Below, piece by piece: positions 1-9,117 of a DNA stretch of 64,000 nucleotides. The number at the start of each line of letters is the position of its first letter. Position 1 is the stretch's first letter. The notes beneath the pieces were generated by a model. It saw only the letters and a program-made list of their open reading frames with translations, searched no databases and was not told where the DNA came from. Where the stretch lies: the IMG/VR virus record IMGVR_UViG_3300022925_000005. One strand, 5' to 3'. A program made the translations under genes and the position numbers. This DNA is from a virus.

Positions 1-231
1 CCCAACGATTGAAATAGCAACAATCGTATCAAATACATAGAACCACTCGTTAAAAGAATTAGGATTGAACCAAATTAAATCAAAGTATTTTACAGTACCC
101 TCCACATGGCTAAAATCACTAAACCATATTTGAGTATGGGATACTACCGAAGCTATTGATAAAAAGAACAATAGTGGCTCGTAATCGTAGTAGGTTAGTA
201 TATCCTTTATCCTTTTAAAGTAACCTTTCAT
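1..231 (-). CDS. Hypothetical membrane protein, runs off window start
   Basis: Manual translation from ATG at 231 (MKGYFKRIKDILTYYDYEPLLFFLSIASVVSH...) stays open to position 1; hydrophobic segments. Confidence 0.6.
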   Translation of the reverse strand, partial: MKGYFKRIKDILTYYDYEPLLFFLSIASVVSHTQIWFSDFSHVEGTVKYFDLIWFNPNSFNEWFYVFDTIVAISIVG

Positions 232-238
232 CTTTTCT

Positions 239-1120
239 TTACAATTTTATTCCTACACCAATCCCTAATCTTAATCCATCCGCAAAGGATATACTTTCAA
301 AAGTAGAAATTTGTGATATAACCTCAATTTGCTCCCAATGGTAAATAAACCCTATCTTTAAGGTTCTGAGTTTATCCGTATCTTCATTTATAGTATAAAT
401 CCCTAAATCTCTTGGAGAGGATAATGTATAAGTTTCATCAAAGTAAGAATCCCATTGAGTTTGAGTTCCAAATCCCATTCCTACAAATGGAGATATTCTA
501 TCAATGGTAGTTCCTATACCTATAACAAATTCGTTACGCTGAATTGGGTTACCCATTGGAGTATCTTCCCACTCATCCACTTCCCATTGATAAATGTTAT
601 CATAATAAGGATATGAGTTTCTACCACCAAAATGATATTGAAAGATAGCAAAGGATTTTTGTCCAATAACCAAATAAGGTGAGATGGTTGATTGTTGGGT
701 AGTTACCTCACTCAGGACCCCAATGGATATTCTCATAGGAGGTTGAGGTGATGTTTTAGAATTATCCGTAGTAATAATGTATTCCCTACCATCCCAGCTT
801 CGATATGGATTCCAATACGGAGTGTATCCATAGATGTTAGGATTGTAGTAATAAGGTCGATAAGCTCTTTGATTTTGAATCGGAGTGTATCTATCGTTTG
901 GGGGAGTATTGGTATAGGTAGGTGTAGAACGTTGAGTTCTTTGTTCAATCACCTTTTGTTGCTTTTGAGATTTCTCCGTAGATTGTCCGTAGGTGATGTT
1001 TGTAAATAAGAATATAATAACGAAATATGGAAACCACCCATTCTTTTGAGCTTCCCATATATTATAACCAACTTTCATAATAAATTTGTATAACCTTTTT
1101 TTAAATTTCACTCTATCCAT
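239..1120 (-). CDS. Putative exported/outer-membrane beta-barrel-like protein
   Basis: Hydrophobic signal-like segment, P/Y/N-rich linker, amphipathic strands ending LRLGIGVGIKL. Confidence 0.45.
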   Translation of the reverse strand: MDRVKFKKRLYKFIMKVGYNIWEAQKNGWFPYFVIIFLFTNITYGQSTEKSQKQQKVIEQRTQRSTPTYTNTPPNDRYTPIQNQRAYRPYYYNPNIYGYTPYWNPYRSWDGREYIITTDNSKTSPQPPMRISIGVLSEVTTQQSTISPYLVIGQKSFAIFQYHFGGRNSYPYYDNIYQWEVDEWEDTPMGNPIQRNEFVIGIGTTIDRISPFVGMGFGTQTQWDSYFDETYTLSSPRDLGIYTINEDTDKLRTLKIGFIYHWEQIEVISQISTFESISFADGLRLGIGVGIKL

Positions 1121-1308
1121 CCCTTTAAATATGATATTCGGTTTAGATATAAATCTTTACATTTAGTAGAGCACATCACATCGGATTCTTCCCATCGCTT
1201 GTAGGTTTGTAGATGATAATCCGATTCCACTAATTCCCTTTCCCACTTTGGATGTATCCCCAATGAGGATGTAAATTCAAATAAGGCTTTGTTGAGGCTC
1301 TTTCCCAT
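1108..1308 (-). CDS. Hypothetical protein
   Basis: ORF track; downstream of ATATTTATA motif at 1342-1350. Confidence 0.55.
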   Translation of the reverse strand: MGKSLNKALFEFTSSLGIHPKWERELVESDYHLQTYKRWEESDVMCSTKCKDLYLNRISYLKGWIE

Positions 1309-1426
1309 ATTAATATAAATGCGTATTTTTGTACACTTAATTATAAATATAAGGAAATAGAACTATCAAAAAAAATCAAGGTTCCGACTCACCCCCCACC
1401 GAATCGATGTAAAGGAGGTAATCCCC

Positions 1427-1576
1427 TTAATCCTCTATTGATGTAATTGGAGTAGATTTTGGTATATACAAGTCAACCCCATCTTCAAAATCGGTATCGT
1501 AATTATCTCCCCGATTATCATTATCGGTGGTGGGTTCGTTCCATTCATCATTAAAGAACTTAAATGTCTCTTTCAT
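1427..1576 (-). CDS. Small acidic hypothetical protein (49 aa, not in track)
   Basis: Manual translation MKETFKFFNDEWNEPTT...SIED*; TAATG overlap with upstream ORF. Confidence 0.55.
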   Translation of the reverse strand: MKETFKFFNDEWNEPTTDNDNRGDNYDTDFEDGVDLYIPKSTPITSIED

Positions 1577-1770
1577 TAGTATATGTTTATTACAATTCGT
1601 GCTATCTGAGTTTGTGAAATCTGAATAGGTACTATGGTATCTCCGGTAATTGGATTGATTAACAACCTCCCACTTTCCAAATATTTATTTTGAGCAGGAG
1701 TTAACTTACTCAATATCTCATTTGTGATTATTGGGTCTTGTATATCACCATCTCCTAAGAATCCAAACAT
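1576..1770 (-). CDS. Hypothetical protein
   Basis: ORF track, tightly packed. Confidence 0.55.
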   Translation of the reverse strand: MFGFLGDGDIQDPIITNEILSKLTPAQNKYLESGRLLINPITGDTIVPIQISQTQIARIVINIY

Positions 1771-1771
1771 A

Positions 1772-2047
1772 TTAATATTTAGGGTCTACCACTAATAAAC
1801 ATTCGGATAATCCCTCATGCTTTGATTGTTTTGGGTTGATTTCTTTAATCACCCATTTTAAGTTTTGATATGTAATTTCACCACCAATAGATAGACAAGG
1901 TCCACCTTCGAAATCAAACATTGTTGTATTTCCTTCTTCATTTTGAGATGTTCTCACAAATTGAGATTCTCCCATTACTCTGATACGATTAGCATCAATC
2001 TTTTCGATTGTACGTTCTAATCCATATCGACTCTTAATAACTTCCAT
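1772..2047 (-). CDS. Hypothetical phage protein
   Basis: ORF track; FDFEGGP motif; A-rich leader. Confidence 0.7.
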   Translation of the reverse strand: MEVIKSRYGLERTIEKIDANRIRVMGESQFVRTSQNEEGNTTMFDFEGGPCLSIGGEITYQNLKWVIKEINPKQSKHEGLSECLLVVDPKY

Positions 2048-2062
2048 AACTTTAAATATTAG

Positions 2063-2239
2063 CTATTCATTTATACTATTTAATTTATTATTATAATCAC
2101 CCATAAGTTCATTGTATCGAACTTCATCTTTATACATATTATTGAAGTTGTTTATAAGATTCAACACACTTCCATTTGTTAAGTGGATGTATCCTGCACT
2201 TCTAATTGTATTCCAAACTTTTGTATAAGCTGCAATCAT
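2063..2239 (-). CDS. Small hypothetical protein (58 aa, not in track)
   Basis: Manual translation MIAAYTKVWNTIRSAGY...SINE*; TAATG overlap. Confidence 0.55.
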   Translation of the reverse strand: MIAAYTKVWNTIRSAGYIHLTNGSVLNLINNFNNMYKDEVRYNELMGDYNNKLNSINE

Positions 2240-2724
2240 TATCTTAATCCCTTTGTTGTTGTTCTACCTAATGCAATTGCAATCTCTGATGGTGTTGTTC
2301 CCATCTTAACTTGCTTTTTGTACCACCAATAAATATCCTCAGTAGTACCTTTTCCCCTTTGCTTTTCCAAACACTTCTCCCACAAATCCTTTCCGAACTC
2401 AGCTTCCAACTCTATTCGTAATTGACGTAATCTTAGGTTCTCTTCATTTACACCAACTTCCATCAATTTATGTGCTTTGATTCTTTTCATCTTAGCATAT
2501 TGATGAGCCTCATGCTTCTTATCATTGATATCTCTGAGAGTAGATGTTTCCATAAACTCATTATACATATCATCATACAATTGTTCATTATCCTTAGCTT
2601 CTAAAAAATAAGGAGAATATTCAAAATCCCCATTTCTAATTTTAAGTAGAAGTGGTGAATTTGATTTTAATGGCCTTTTTCGATACTTACCTTCGGTGAA
2701 ATAACGGAATGGATTGTATGACAT
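2239..2724 (-). CDS. Hypothetical basic protein
   Basis: ORF track; own promoter at 2749-2782. Confidence 0.75.
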   Translation of the reverse strand: MSYNPFRYFTEGKYRKRPLKSNSPLLLKIRNGDFEYSPYFLEAKDNEQLYDDMYNEFMETSTLRDINDKKHEAHQYAKMKRIKAHKLMEVGVNEENLRLRQLRIELEAEFGKDLWEKCLEKQRGKGTTEDIYWWYKKQVKMGTTPSEIAIALGRTTTKGLR

Positions 2725-2748
2725 GTTTTTATGGTTTTAATTATTATA

Positions 2749-2782
2749 TGTAAATATACGAATAATATTTGATATATCCTAA
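2749..2782 (-). promoter_or_regulatory. Bacteroidetes-type -33/-7 promoter
   Basis: Minus strand TTAGG...TCAAA...CGTATATTTACA; one of 17 copies. Confidence 0.65.
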
Positions 2783-2919
2783 TCTCTTTCCAAAATCTTT
2801 TTTAACTGGGATTCCTTTAACATCTTAGGTTGTTCGGAATTTTTTGATTTCTCTTCTTCAGTTGGGATGCGATAGTTCTTAACCAATCGTTCCATCCAAT
2901 CGCTTGTATTTTTACTCAT
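2779..2919 (-). CDS. Small hypothetical protein (46 aa, not in track)
   Basis: Manual translation MSKNTSDWMERLVKNYRIP...ERD*; TAATG overlap. Confidence 0.55.
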   Translation of the reverse strand: MSKNTSDWMERLVKNYRIPTEEEKSKNSEQPKMLKESQLKKILERD

Positions 2920-3248
2920 TATTTAAATATTAATCTTAATGCCCAATGTTTTATTTCATCCCACTTTGAGAATGAACTGCCCCATAGTTTCATATCATCT
3001 AAATTGGATAATTCTCTCAATAGAATAGTTCGTAGGAATAGTAAATCCCCACTAATGGATAACTTTTTTTCTGCACCATTGGGTAGATTCCACACAATCT
3101 TTAATAAAGAACCTTCCCATAGGTTATGTGATGTGTTCAATATATCAAATCCCCAACCATCCCAATTACTATTAATGTAAATAATCAATGGTGATATGGT
3201 GATGTGTATTTTTCTGAACTTCCAGCTTATCTTTTGTAGTATTTTCAT
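2919..3248 (-). CDS. Hypothetical protein
   Basis: ORF track. Confidence 0.65.
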   Translation of the reverse strand: MKILQKISWKFRKIHITISPLIIYINSNWDGWGFDILNTSHNLWEGSLLKIVWNLPNGAEKKLSISGDLLFLRTILLRELSNLDDMKLWGSSFSKWDEIKHWALRLIFK

Positions 3249-3267
3249 AATTTATGTTTTGGTTAAA

Positions 3268-3306
3268 TTAAAAGAGATTAGGGGGAGTTGAGAGCTCCCC
3301 CCTTTC
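3268..3306 (-). terminator. Intrinsic terminator-like hairpin after AAA gene
   Basis: GC stem AGGGGGAG/CTCCCCCCT followed by U-rich tract on minus strand. Confidence 0.65.
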
Positions 3307-3325
3307 TCAGCGTAATTGATTAACC

Positions 3326-4537
3326 CTAAAACATCGGAATCTCATCTTCCGAATTCGTTTCGGTTTCATGTTCATTGAAGAGAGCTTCACCCTCATCCTT
3401 CACATACTTCTGAACTAATTGCTTAATGTAAGTTCGTTCAGAATCAACCCCACCATCGTTAGAGAAGAATGGGAAGATTGAGATTTCAGCGGCCTCAAAG
3501 AGGTCAAATCCATCGTAAATCAAACCAGCCATCTCCACACTAGCACGAGTAGAAACCATTGCTGTAACTTTACCAGTATCACTCATCGATTGAACACGAG
3601 TGTGATGAGCGATTTCAGCCACAGCTTTCAAATCTTCTTCGTTCACCTCAGGGAACATAAACTTCAACAGTCCGAACTCTTGCTCATCGTTGAGAACATC
3701 CATCTCAATAGTAACGAATCGGTCAAGAATCGCTCGGTCAATAACACGAGTCGAAGTGTATTCATTACCAATGTTAGCCGTAGCGATGAAGGTAACTCCT
3801 TCAGCCACTTTCACAATTGGTGAACCTTCTGCTTCATCCAATCGGAGGTAACGCTGTCCACCATCCAATACGGTCATTAGGATGTTCCAAGCATCAGGGT
3901 GAGCACGAGATAACTCATCTAAGAGAATCACAGCGTTTGGAGTTTTGATTGCCTTCACAAACGATGATTCTGAAAAGTAAGTACCTTTCTTAGAATCGAA
4001 TTGGGTGTTCCCAATCAGAGTAGCTCGGGCATCTTGCGTTGCTCCTAAGTTGAAGTAGAAATCAGGACGGTCAAGTGCGGTAACCAAAGCCTTAGCGGCC
4101 ATAGTTTTACCACAACCAGCAGGTCCTGTCATCATAATGTTCTTAGCTCGAACTGCTGAACGAACTAAGTACTTCCACTTTAATGGGGTCATCACCAACT
4201 CAGTTGGTTTTAGATTGATTGAACCATTGTGGATAAAATCTTTAATAGCCGTATGGTCAGTTTTATCTTCAAACTGAACTTCACCTTTTTCAGTAGCCAT
4301 AGGAGCCACTAAGTTGTTGTAAACTTCCATACCAACTTTTCGGTAAACTTTCTTACCATTCTTTTGAATGTAAGCTTGGAGAGCTTCTCCATTCTCATAG
4401 GCCCCCTTACGAGTACCAGTAGTAACACCTAATGTACCAACCTTAGTACCTTTGGTGTCAATTAACTTAAATGAGTTTCCAAACTTTTCTACTTTGTAAA
4501 CTTCATTTTGAACGAATCCGATTTTGAAATCTGTCAT
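3326..4537 (-). CDS. MoxR/CbbQ/CobS-like AAA+ ATPase
   Basis: Walker A GPAGCGKT, Walker B ILLDELSR, sensor TAN, Arg finger AILDRF. Confidence 0.9.
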   Translation of the reverse strand: MTDFKIGFVQNEVYKVEKFGNSFKLIDTKGTKVGTLGVTTGTRKGAYENGEALQAYIQKNGKKVYRKVGMEVYNNLVAPMATEKGEVQFEDKTDHTAIKDFIHNGSINLKPTELVMTPLKWKYLVRSAVRAKNIMMTGPAGCGKTMAAKALVTALDRPDFYFNLGATQDARATLIGNTQFDSKKGTYFSESSFVKAIKTPNAVILLDELSRAHPDAWNILMTVLDGGQRYLRLDEAEGSPIVKVAEGVTFIATANIGNEYTSTRVIDRAILDRFVTIEMDVLNDEQEFGLLKFMFPEVNEEDLKAVAEIAHHTRVQSMSDTGKVTAMVSTRASVEMAGLIYDGFDLFEAAEISIFPFFSNDGGVDSERTYIKQLVQKYVKDEGEALFNEHETETNSEDEIPMF

Positions 4538-4580
4538 AACTTTTGTTTTTTAGGGTTTTAACATTCGGGGAACATCCCCA

Positions 4581-4627
4581 TCTCAATTACTATACTAATA
4601 TACGAAATATATTTGGAACTACCAAAC
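4581..4627 (-). promoter_or_regulatory. Promoter plus conserved GTAATTGAGA leader
   Basis: Minus TTTGGTAGTTCCAAA...CGTATATTAG-TATA-GTAATTGAGA; 28 bp identical to 6961-6988. Confidence 0.8.
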
Positions 4628-4633
4628 TTTTTC

Positions 4634-4759
4634 TCATTTATTTTCAACTTTTTTATGCTTCGATTTTCGAGTGTACTTCTTTTTGTTTTTGTAGATATTA
4701 GGACGAGTAGCCATCTTAATCTCTTCTTGCGTAACAATTATAGTTTTAATCTCTTTCAT
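4634..4759 (-). CDS. Small basic ArfA-like peptide (41 aa, not in track)
   Basis: MKEIKTIIVTQEEIKMATRPNIYKNKKKYTRKSKHKKVENK; KNKK-Y-x-R-K-x-K-H resembles ArfA core; own promoter. Confidence 0.6.
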   Translation of the reverse strand: MKEIKTIIVTQEEIKMATRPNIYKNKKKYTRKSKHKKVENK

Positions 4760-4764
4760 CTCTT

Positions 4765-4810
4765 TCTCAATTACAGTTCTAATATAAGAAATAAATTTGG
4801 ATTACACAAG
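4765..4810 (-). promoter_or_regulatory. Promoter plus GTAATTGAGA leader
   Basis: Minus CTTG...CCAAA...TTATATTAG-AACT-GTAATTGAGA. Confidence 0.7.
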
Positions 4811-4821
4811 CTTTCCTCCAA

Positions 4822-6930
4822 TTATTTTTGGAGGAAAAGCCCGTTAATCGTTTTGGTAATTTGAGCCACATTGGTTACATCGATAAGTTTTGATGATTTA
4901 CCATACATAGTTTTGAAGCCTGAAGATGGTTCACCATTTTCTGGTACCCATTGCTCAACATAGTAAGATAGGGTTTTGATTCCCATTGATTCGATTTGCT
5001 TCACCATCTTACGAGTGTGTTCGAATGCTGGTTGACCTGAGTAGTAGAATGATGAGTTACCAAAGTAAGGTTCACCATCTGAGATATTAAGGAAGTAAGA
5101 ATCCATATCATTTGTACCACCTAAGAAGTTCTTCATAATTGCTTCGTAACATAATCCTTCGGGAGTAGTTCCACCAGCGTTTAGAGAAGGGAACATTTGT
5201 TTTACCTTAGAGAACTTATCAGTACGAGAATCGTAAGCCAACACAATGTAAGGTAGGTTGTTTGAAGTAGTTCGGAATGAAACTTGAATCGATAGGTTCT
5301 GAATCATATCAACTGCCTTACAAAGTGCAACCACATTGGTTAGAGTTTTATTCCACTTCTCACCATTCATCGAACCACTAGCATCGATTGAGATGTGGAG
5401 GTTAGCTTTTTTGTAAGAATCAGTTTCAATATATTGGAACACATTCTCATTTCCGAATCCAAGTGAAGAAATCATTCTCTTATCAATCTTACCATGCTTT
5501 TGGCGATTGAAAACAGTAGAACGGTCCTCACCACGAACCTGAAGTTTCTTACCTAAGATAGTTCCAATTCGAATACCTTCAGCAACTTCTTTTTCATTGT
5601 ATCGTTTAATTGCTCCACCTTCAGAAGTATTCCAATAATTGTTTGAAGTCATTGGGAACATTTCAGATTCCAATAGTGATTGAGTCAGTTTCTTAACTAC
5701 AATACATTGAACACCTTTGGAAACTCGTCCCCAACCAATATCAACTCCATTACCAACATTGGTAATTTCAGAACCACTTTCATCAATAGCCTCAAGGTTT
5801 TCATTATCTTTCTTAGAGATGGTTTTCTTACGAACATCACCATCCATAAAGTCTTTCTGCTTCTGAATCTTCTTTTTAAGAAGTTCTTTCTGGCGGTCAG
5901 TTAGTTGAACCTTTTCAGTTTCGTTACCACCATTGGATGGAGAAGCTGGTTGTTCACCTTCCATATTTTCGGGAAGGCCGTTCACATCCATACCACTACC
6001 ACCAGTTGGATTAGAATCCATATCACCACTCATTGGTGATGAACCAGTCAATTGGTCTGAGAACTCTTCGAACTCTTCATCAGTCATTTCACGAGGTTCA
6101 GAAGAACCACCACCTTGTCCCTCACCACTTTGAGGTTGTTGGTTCTCATCATTCTCAGAACCCTCACCTTCACCATTTTCAGATGATGGTAGGTTAGCCA
6201 TAATGATTTGGAACACCTTCAGAGCGATATTAAAGGAATCTAAGGAGTTTTTCAATCGGTTGATACTACCCAACCCAATTGTTTTGTAAATCTCTCTAAG
6301 ACCCTTCAAAGCGTTAAGGTCAGTATTTTTGTTGTGAAGGTTGATGATTCGGAACATATAAGAATCAACACACTCTTCAGTATGCTCATCAGAAAGAAGA
6401 GCTTTATCAATCAACTTATCGTTGAAGTACTTATCGTACATTGCTCGGTAGTAATCACGATAGCCAGGAGCCGAATCAAATACGAATCGGTCAATTCGTC
6501 TATCTTCAACCACATTCCAAATATCTTTGATTACTGAGATTGGATTGGTAATACCTTTTTTAATTGCTCCATCTTTCATATAATCAGGAACCATTGAGTA
6601 GATATCACGTAGATAATCAAAGTTGGTTAGTTTGATGTGGGAACCTTCGTGCAATGCCAAACCAACAGCCACATCGAAATCTTTAGGTTCAACGATGTTA
6701 GAACCAATTACCACACTCTTACCATCAGTATAAGAATCACCTCTAGAGTTGAACTTAACTGGAATCTGGTCATTGGTAACGATGTTAACGAAGTTAGAGA
6801 TTGCTCTCTTAGATGCTGATAATTTGTAGAGGTCATTTGATTTTTTCTCTACATCACTCAAAGTATCAACTATAACATCATCATCTTCCCAATCTTTTAA
6901 CCAGTAAGAAGAATTTCCGTATTTACTCAT
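4822..6930 (-). CDS. VWA-domain (CobT-like) partner of AAA ATPase with N-terminal HExxH domain
   Basis: HEGSH motif, acidic G/S/E linker, MIDAS DASGSM, GGTTP, ISDGEP; start placed at MSKYG (6930) because the track start lies in the promoter leader. Confidence 0.85.
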   Translation of the reverse strand: MSKYGNSSYWLKDWEDDDVIVDTLSDVEKKSNDLYKLSASKRAISNFVNIVTNDQIPVKFNSRGDSYTDGKSVVIGSNIVEPKDFDVAVGLALHEGSHIKLTNFDYLRDIYSMVPDYMKDGAIKKGITNPISVIKDIWNVVEDRRIDRFVFDSAPGYRDYYRAMYDKYFNDKLIDKALLSDEHTEECVDSYMFRIINLHNKNTDLNALKGLREIYKTIGLGSINRLKNSLDSFNIALKVFQIIMANLPSSENGEGEGSENDENQQPQSGEGQGGGSSEPREMTDEEFEEFSDQLTGSSPMSGDMDSNPTGGSGMDVNGLPENMEGEQPASPSNGGNETEKVQLTDRQKELLKKKIQKQKDFMDGDVRKKTISKKDNENLEAIDESGSEITNVGNGVDIGWGRVSKGVQCIVVKKLTQSLLESEMFPMTSNNYWNTSEGGAIKRYNEKEVAEGIRIGTILGKKLQVRGEDRSTVFNRQKHGKIDKRMISSLGFGNENVFQYIETDSYKKANLHISIDASGSMNGEKWNKTLTNVVALCKAVDMIQNLSIQVSFRTTSNNLPYIVLAYDSRTDKFSKVKQMFPSLNAGGTTPEGLCYEAIMKNFLGGTNDMDSYFLNISDGEPYFGNSSFYYSGQPAFEHTRKMVKQIESMGIKTLSYYVEQWVPENGEPSSGFKTMYGKSSKLIDVTNVAQITKTINGLFLQK

Positions 6931-6960
6931 ATTATTTGTTTTAAAGGGTTTAACTCTGTC

Positions 6961-7007
6961 TCTCAATTACTATACTAATATACGAAATGGTTTTGACATA
7001 TACAAGC
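6961..7007 (-). promoter_or_regulatory. Promoter plus GTAATTGAGA leader
   Basis: 28-bp exact repeat of 4581-4608. Confidence 0.8.
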
Positions 7008-7022
7008 TTTTTTTGAATTATT

Positions 7023-7286
7023 TTATCCCAAATGTGAAATAAATTCGTCCATCTCCTGCTTTTCGTACTTAGCATACTGAGCTTCCATTCGTAGAACCGA
7101 ATGAAAATCAAAGATGTATTTTTTAAGATTGATTAACTTCTCATCCATCTGCTCTGGAGTGAATAAGTGTTTTTCGATGTGTAAGTCCGATAGGTTACTA
7201 GCAATACGCATCAGTACATCAGTTGTTTGAAGAGTTTCAGCGGATTGCCACTCATTGTGCTTTTCACAAAATTCTGATTTTGTCAT
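7023..7286 (-). CDS. Hypothetical protein
   Basis: ORF track; probable ATG start MTKSEF downstream of promoter 7330-7374. Confidence 0.65.
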   Translation of the reverse strand: MTKSEFCEKHNEWQSAETLQTTDVLMRIASNLSDLHIEKHLFTPEQMDEKLINLKKYIFDFHSVLRMEAQYAKYEKQEMDEFISHLG

Positions 7287-7329
7287 ATTGTTTAATTTAG
7301 TTGGGTTAACGTATTGAGTAGACCTCTCA

Positions 7330-7374
7330 CTCAATTACCCTACTAATATACAACAAAAAATTGGAACTACCAAA
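7330..7374 (-). promoter_or_regulatory. Promoter plus GTAATTGAG leader
   Basis: Minus TTTGGTAGTTCCAA...TGTATATTAG-TAGG-GTAATTGAG. Confidence 0.75.
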
Positions 7375-7390
7375 TAAAATTGTACTTTTT

Positions 7391-7546
7391 TTAATATTCG
7401 GTATCGTGTGATGGGTAATCGTGTTCCAAATCCTCTAATACAAATAGTAATTCACGTCTAGCATCATCAACCATTGTAAAATCTTCATAAGATATAGCTT
7501 CCTCTAAGGTATCCAATATATCTTGTATTCTTTCGTTGATATCCAT
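7391..7546 (-). CDS. Small acidic hypothetical protein (51 aa, not in track)
   Basis: Manual translation MDINERIQDILDTLEEAIS...TEY*. Confidence 0.6.
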   Translation of the reverse strand: MDINERIQDILDTLEEAISYEDFTMVDDARRELLFVLEDLEHDYPSHDTEY

Positions 7547-7599
7547 ATGATTTATTTTGAGTTTCTCACTTAAATATAGATTTTCAAAAAATTGATACG

Positions 7600-9117
7600 T
7601 TAATTCAACGTATTTTTAATATCATCTCTCCAATTGAGTTCTTTGTTGGGTTCCAACTTCATAAAGTCTGATTGTAATATCTCTTCTTTAACATCAACAC
7701 CTTTACAATATAATTCATCAGGCGTTCCCTTTGATGTTCTTGTTATTGTCAGATTAGTTCCCAAGAATCTAATTGGTACACTTACTTTATTTAAATGAGT
7801 ATGTAAGAAGAATTCATGTGGTACCATATAATGTCCCTTATTCAAATGCTCCATCATATAGAATACACAAGTCGAATAATAATCCATTAACTTTGGTGAA
7901 CCATATGCAAATAAATCACAAATACCATCTGAACTATCCCAATTACTAGTCTTTACTCTACCATATGGGATATTAAACATATCGTTTTGAGTGATATCTA
8001 ATCTATCATCAAAAAATACATCTGTTCTTGCTCTTATTACAATATCGTAATCAATATCCAAACTTTTAGTAAGTAGGTTTGCTCTCCATATCTTATACCA
8101 CATTGATAATGTACCATAATTTATACAAGACTCTCTTAGATGTTGTTGTAATGAGTTTGGTGGGTTGATTCCAATCCTTAATTGAGATAGAGTTGATTGT
8201 TCAAACGATTTGTATGATTCTATCTCAGTTTTCTTAACATCATATAACCTATGGAAGTTATCAAACGTATCACCTAGCTCCTCATTCTCAACATCCCAAA
8301 ACGATGCATACACATCCATATCATATTGTTTGATAAGATTACCCCAATATTCCTTAGTTCTTTCCAAATCTCTAATTTCACCAGAAAAACATATTGCTAT
8401 TTTCTTATTTGATTTAACAATAGGAGTTGAGTTTGATTTTACCAAAGATGGTTTAGTTGCTTTATTGATACCATATCCAAAGTAATCTAAATCATCTTTC
8501 CACAATTTATTTAACAACTTAATATGTTCCGCTGTGTACATATCAAAGTAATCTATTTGAGTTGGTAGTTTACTATAATCAACATCGGTTATACCAACGT
8601 ACTTTGAAAACTTATTAATATCAGCTTCAATGGATTCATACCTCAATACAATACTGTTATCATTCAATAACCAATTACCATTGATATCTTTCAATTGAGA
8701 AAATAAAGATTTTCGAAATGATGGTGCGTGAAATACAACAGACCTATCTAAGTAGATATCCACAAATTTATGAAAATCATCTATTGTATGATTATCAGTT
8801 GGCAGGTTGTGATACTTCCTACACCAAGCCCAATCATTTAGAAAATACTGATATAATAAATTAAATGGATTTCTAACAGTAGTTACGAGTATATCTGTTG
8901 ATGTGAATGCAAACTCATCAACTTCTCTAAATTTGCCCTGTGATTGCGATGTAAAATCCCAGTCTCTCCAACCCTTTATCTGAGATGGGTAGTTCCAAGA
9001 TGTACCAGTGGAATGTATTGGTACAAATAAACCATCCAATTCTACAACTTTGTTTATGAAGTTTTTGTTAAAAAGATTGTTCTCAACATTTGGTATGTCT
9101 ATATATAGTAATCTCAT
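7600..9117 (-). CDS. Sulfotransferase-like domain fused to glycan-locus domain
   Basis: N-term VRNPF / LRYE / DDLDYFGY pattern; C-term KIAICFSG...YDIVIRARTD paralogous to 27522-28247. Confidence 0.55.
   Translation of the reverse strand: MRLLYIDIPNVENNLFNKNFINKVVELDGLFVPIHSTGTSWNYPSQIKGWRDWDFTSQSQGKFREVDEFAFTSTDILVTTVRNPFNLLYQYFLNDWAWCRKYHNLPTDNHTIDDFHKFVDIYLDRSVVFHAPSFRKSLFSQLKDINGNWLLNDNSIVLRYESIEADINKFSKYVGITDVDYSKLPTQIDYFDMYTAEHIKLLNKLWKDDLDYFGYGINKATKPSLVKSNSTPIVKSNKKIAICFSGEIRDLERTKEYWGNLIKQYDMDVYASFWDVENEELGDTFDNFHRLYDVKKTEIESYKSFEQSTLSQLRIGINPPNSLQQHLRESCINYGTLSMWYKIWRANLLTKSLDIDYDIVIRARTDVFFDDRLDITQNDMFNIPYGRVKTSNWDSSDGICDLFAYGSPKLMDYYSTCVFYMMEHLNKGHYMVPHEFFLHTHLNKVSVPIRFLGTNLTITRTSKGTPDELYCKGVDVKEEILQSDFMKLEPNKELNWRDDIKNTLN

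Noticed and set aside
4581-7374. Repeats as CRISPR array or IS ends
   Set aside because: Irregular spacing with whole genes between them, promoter consensus inside, no transposase
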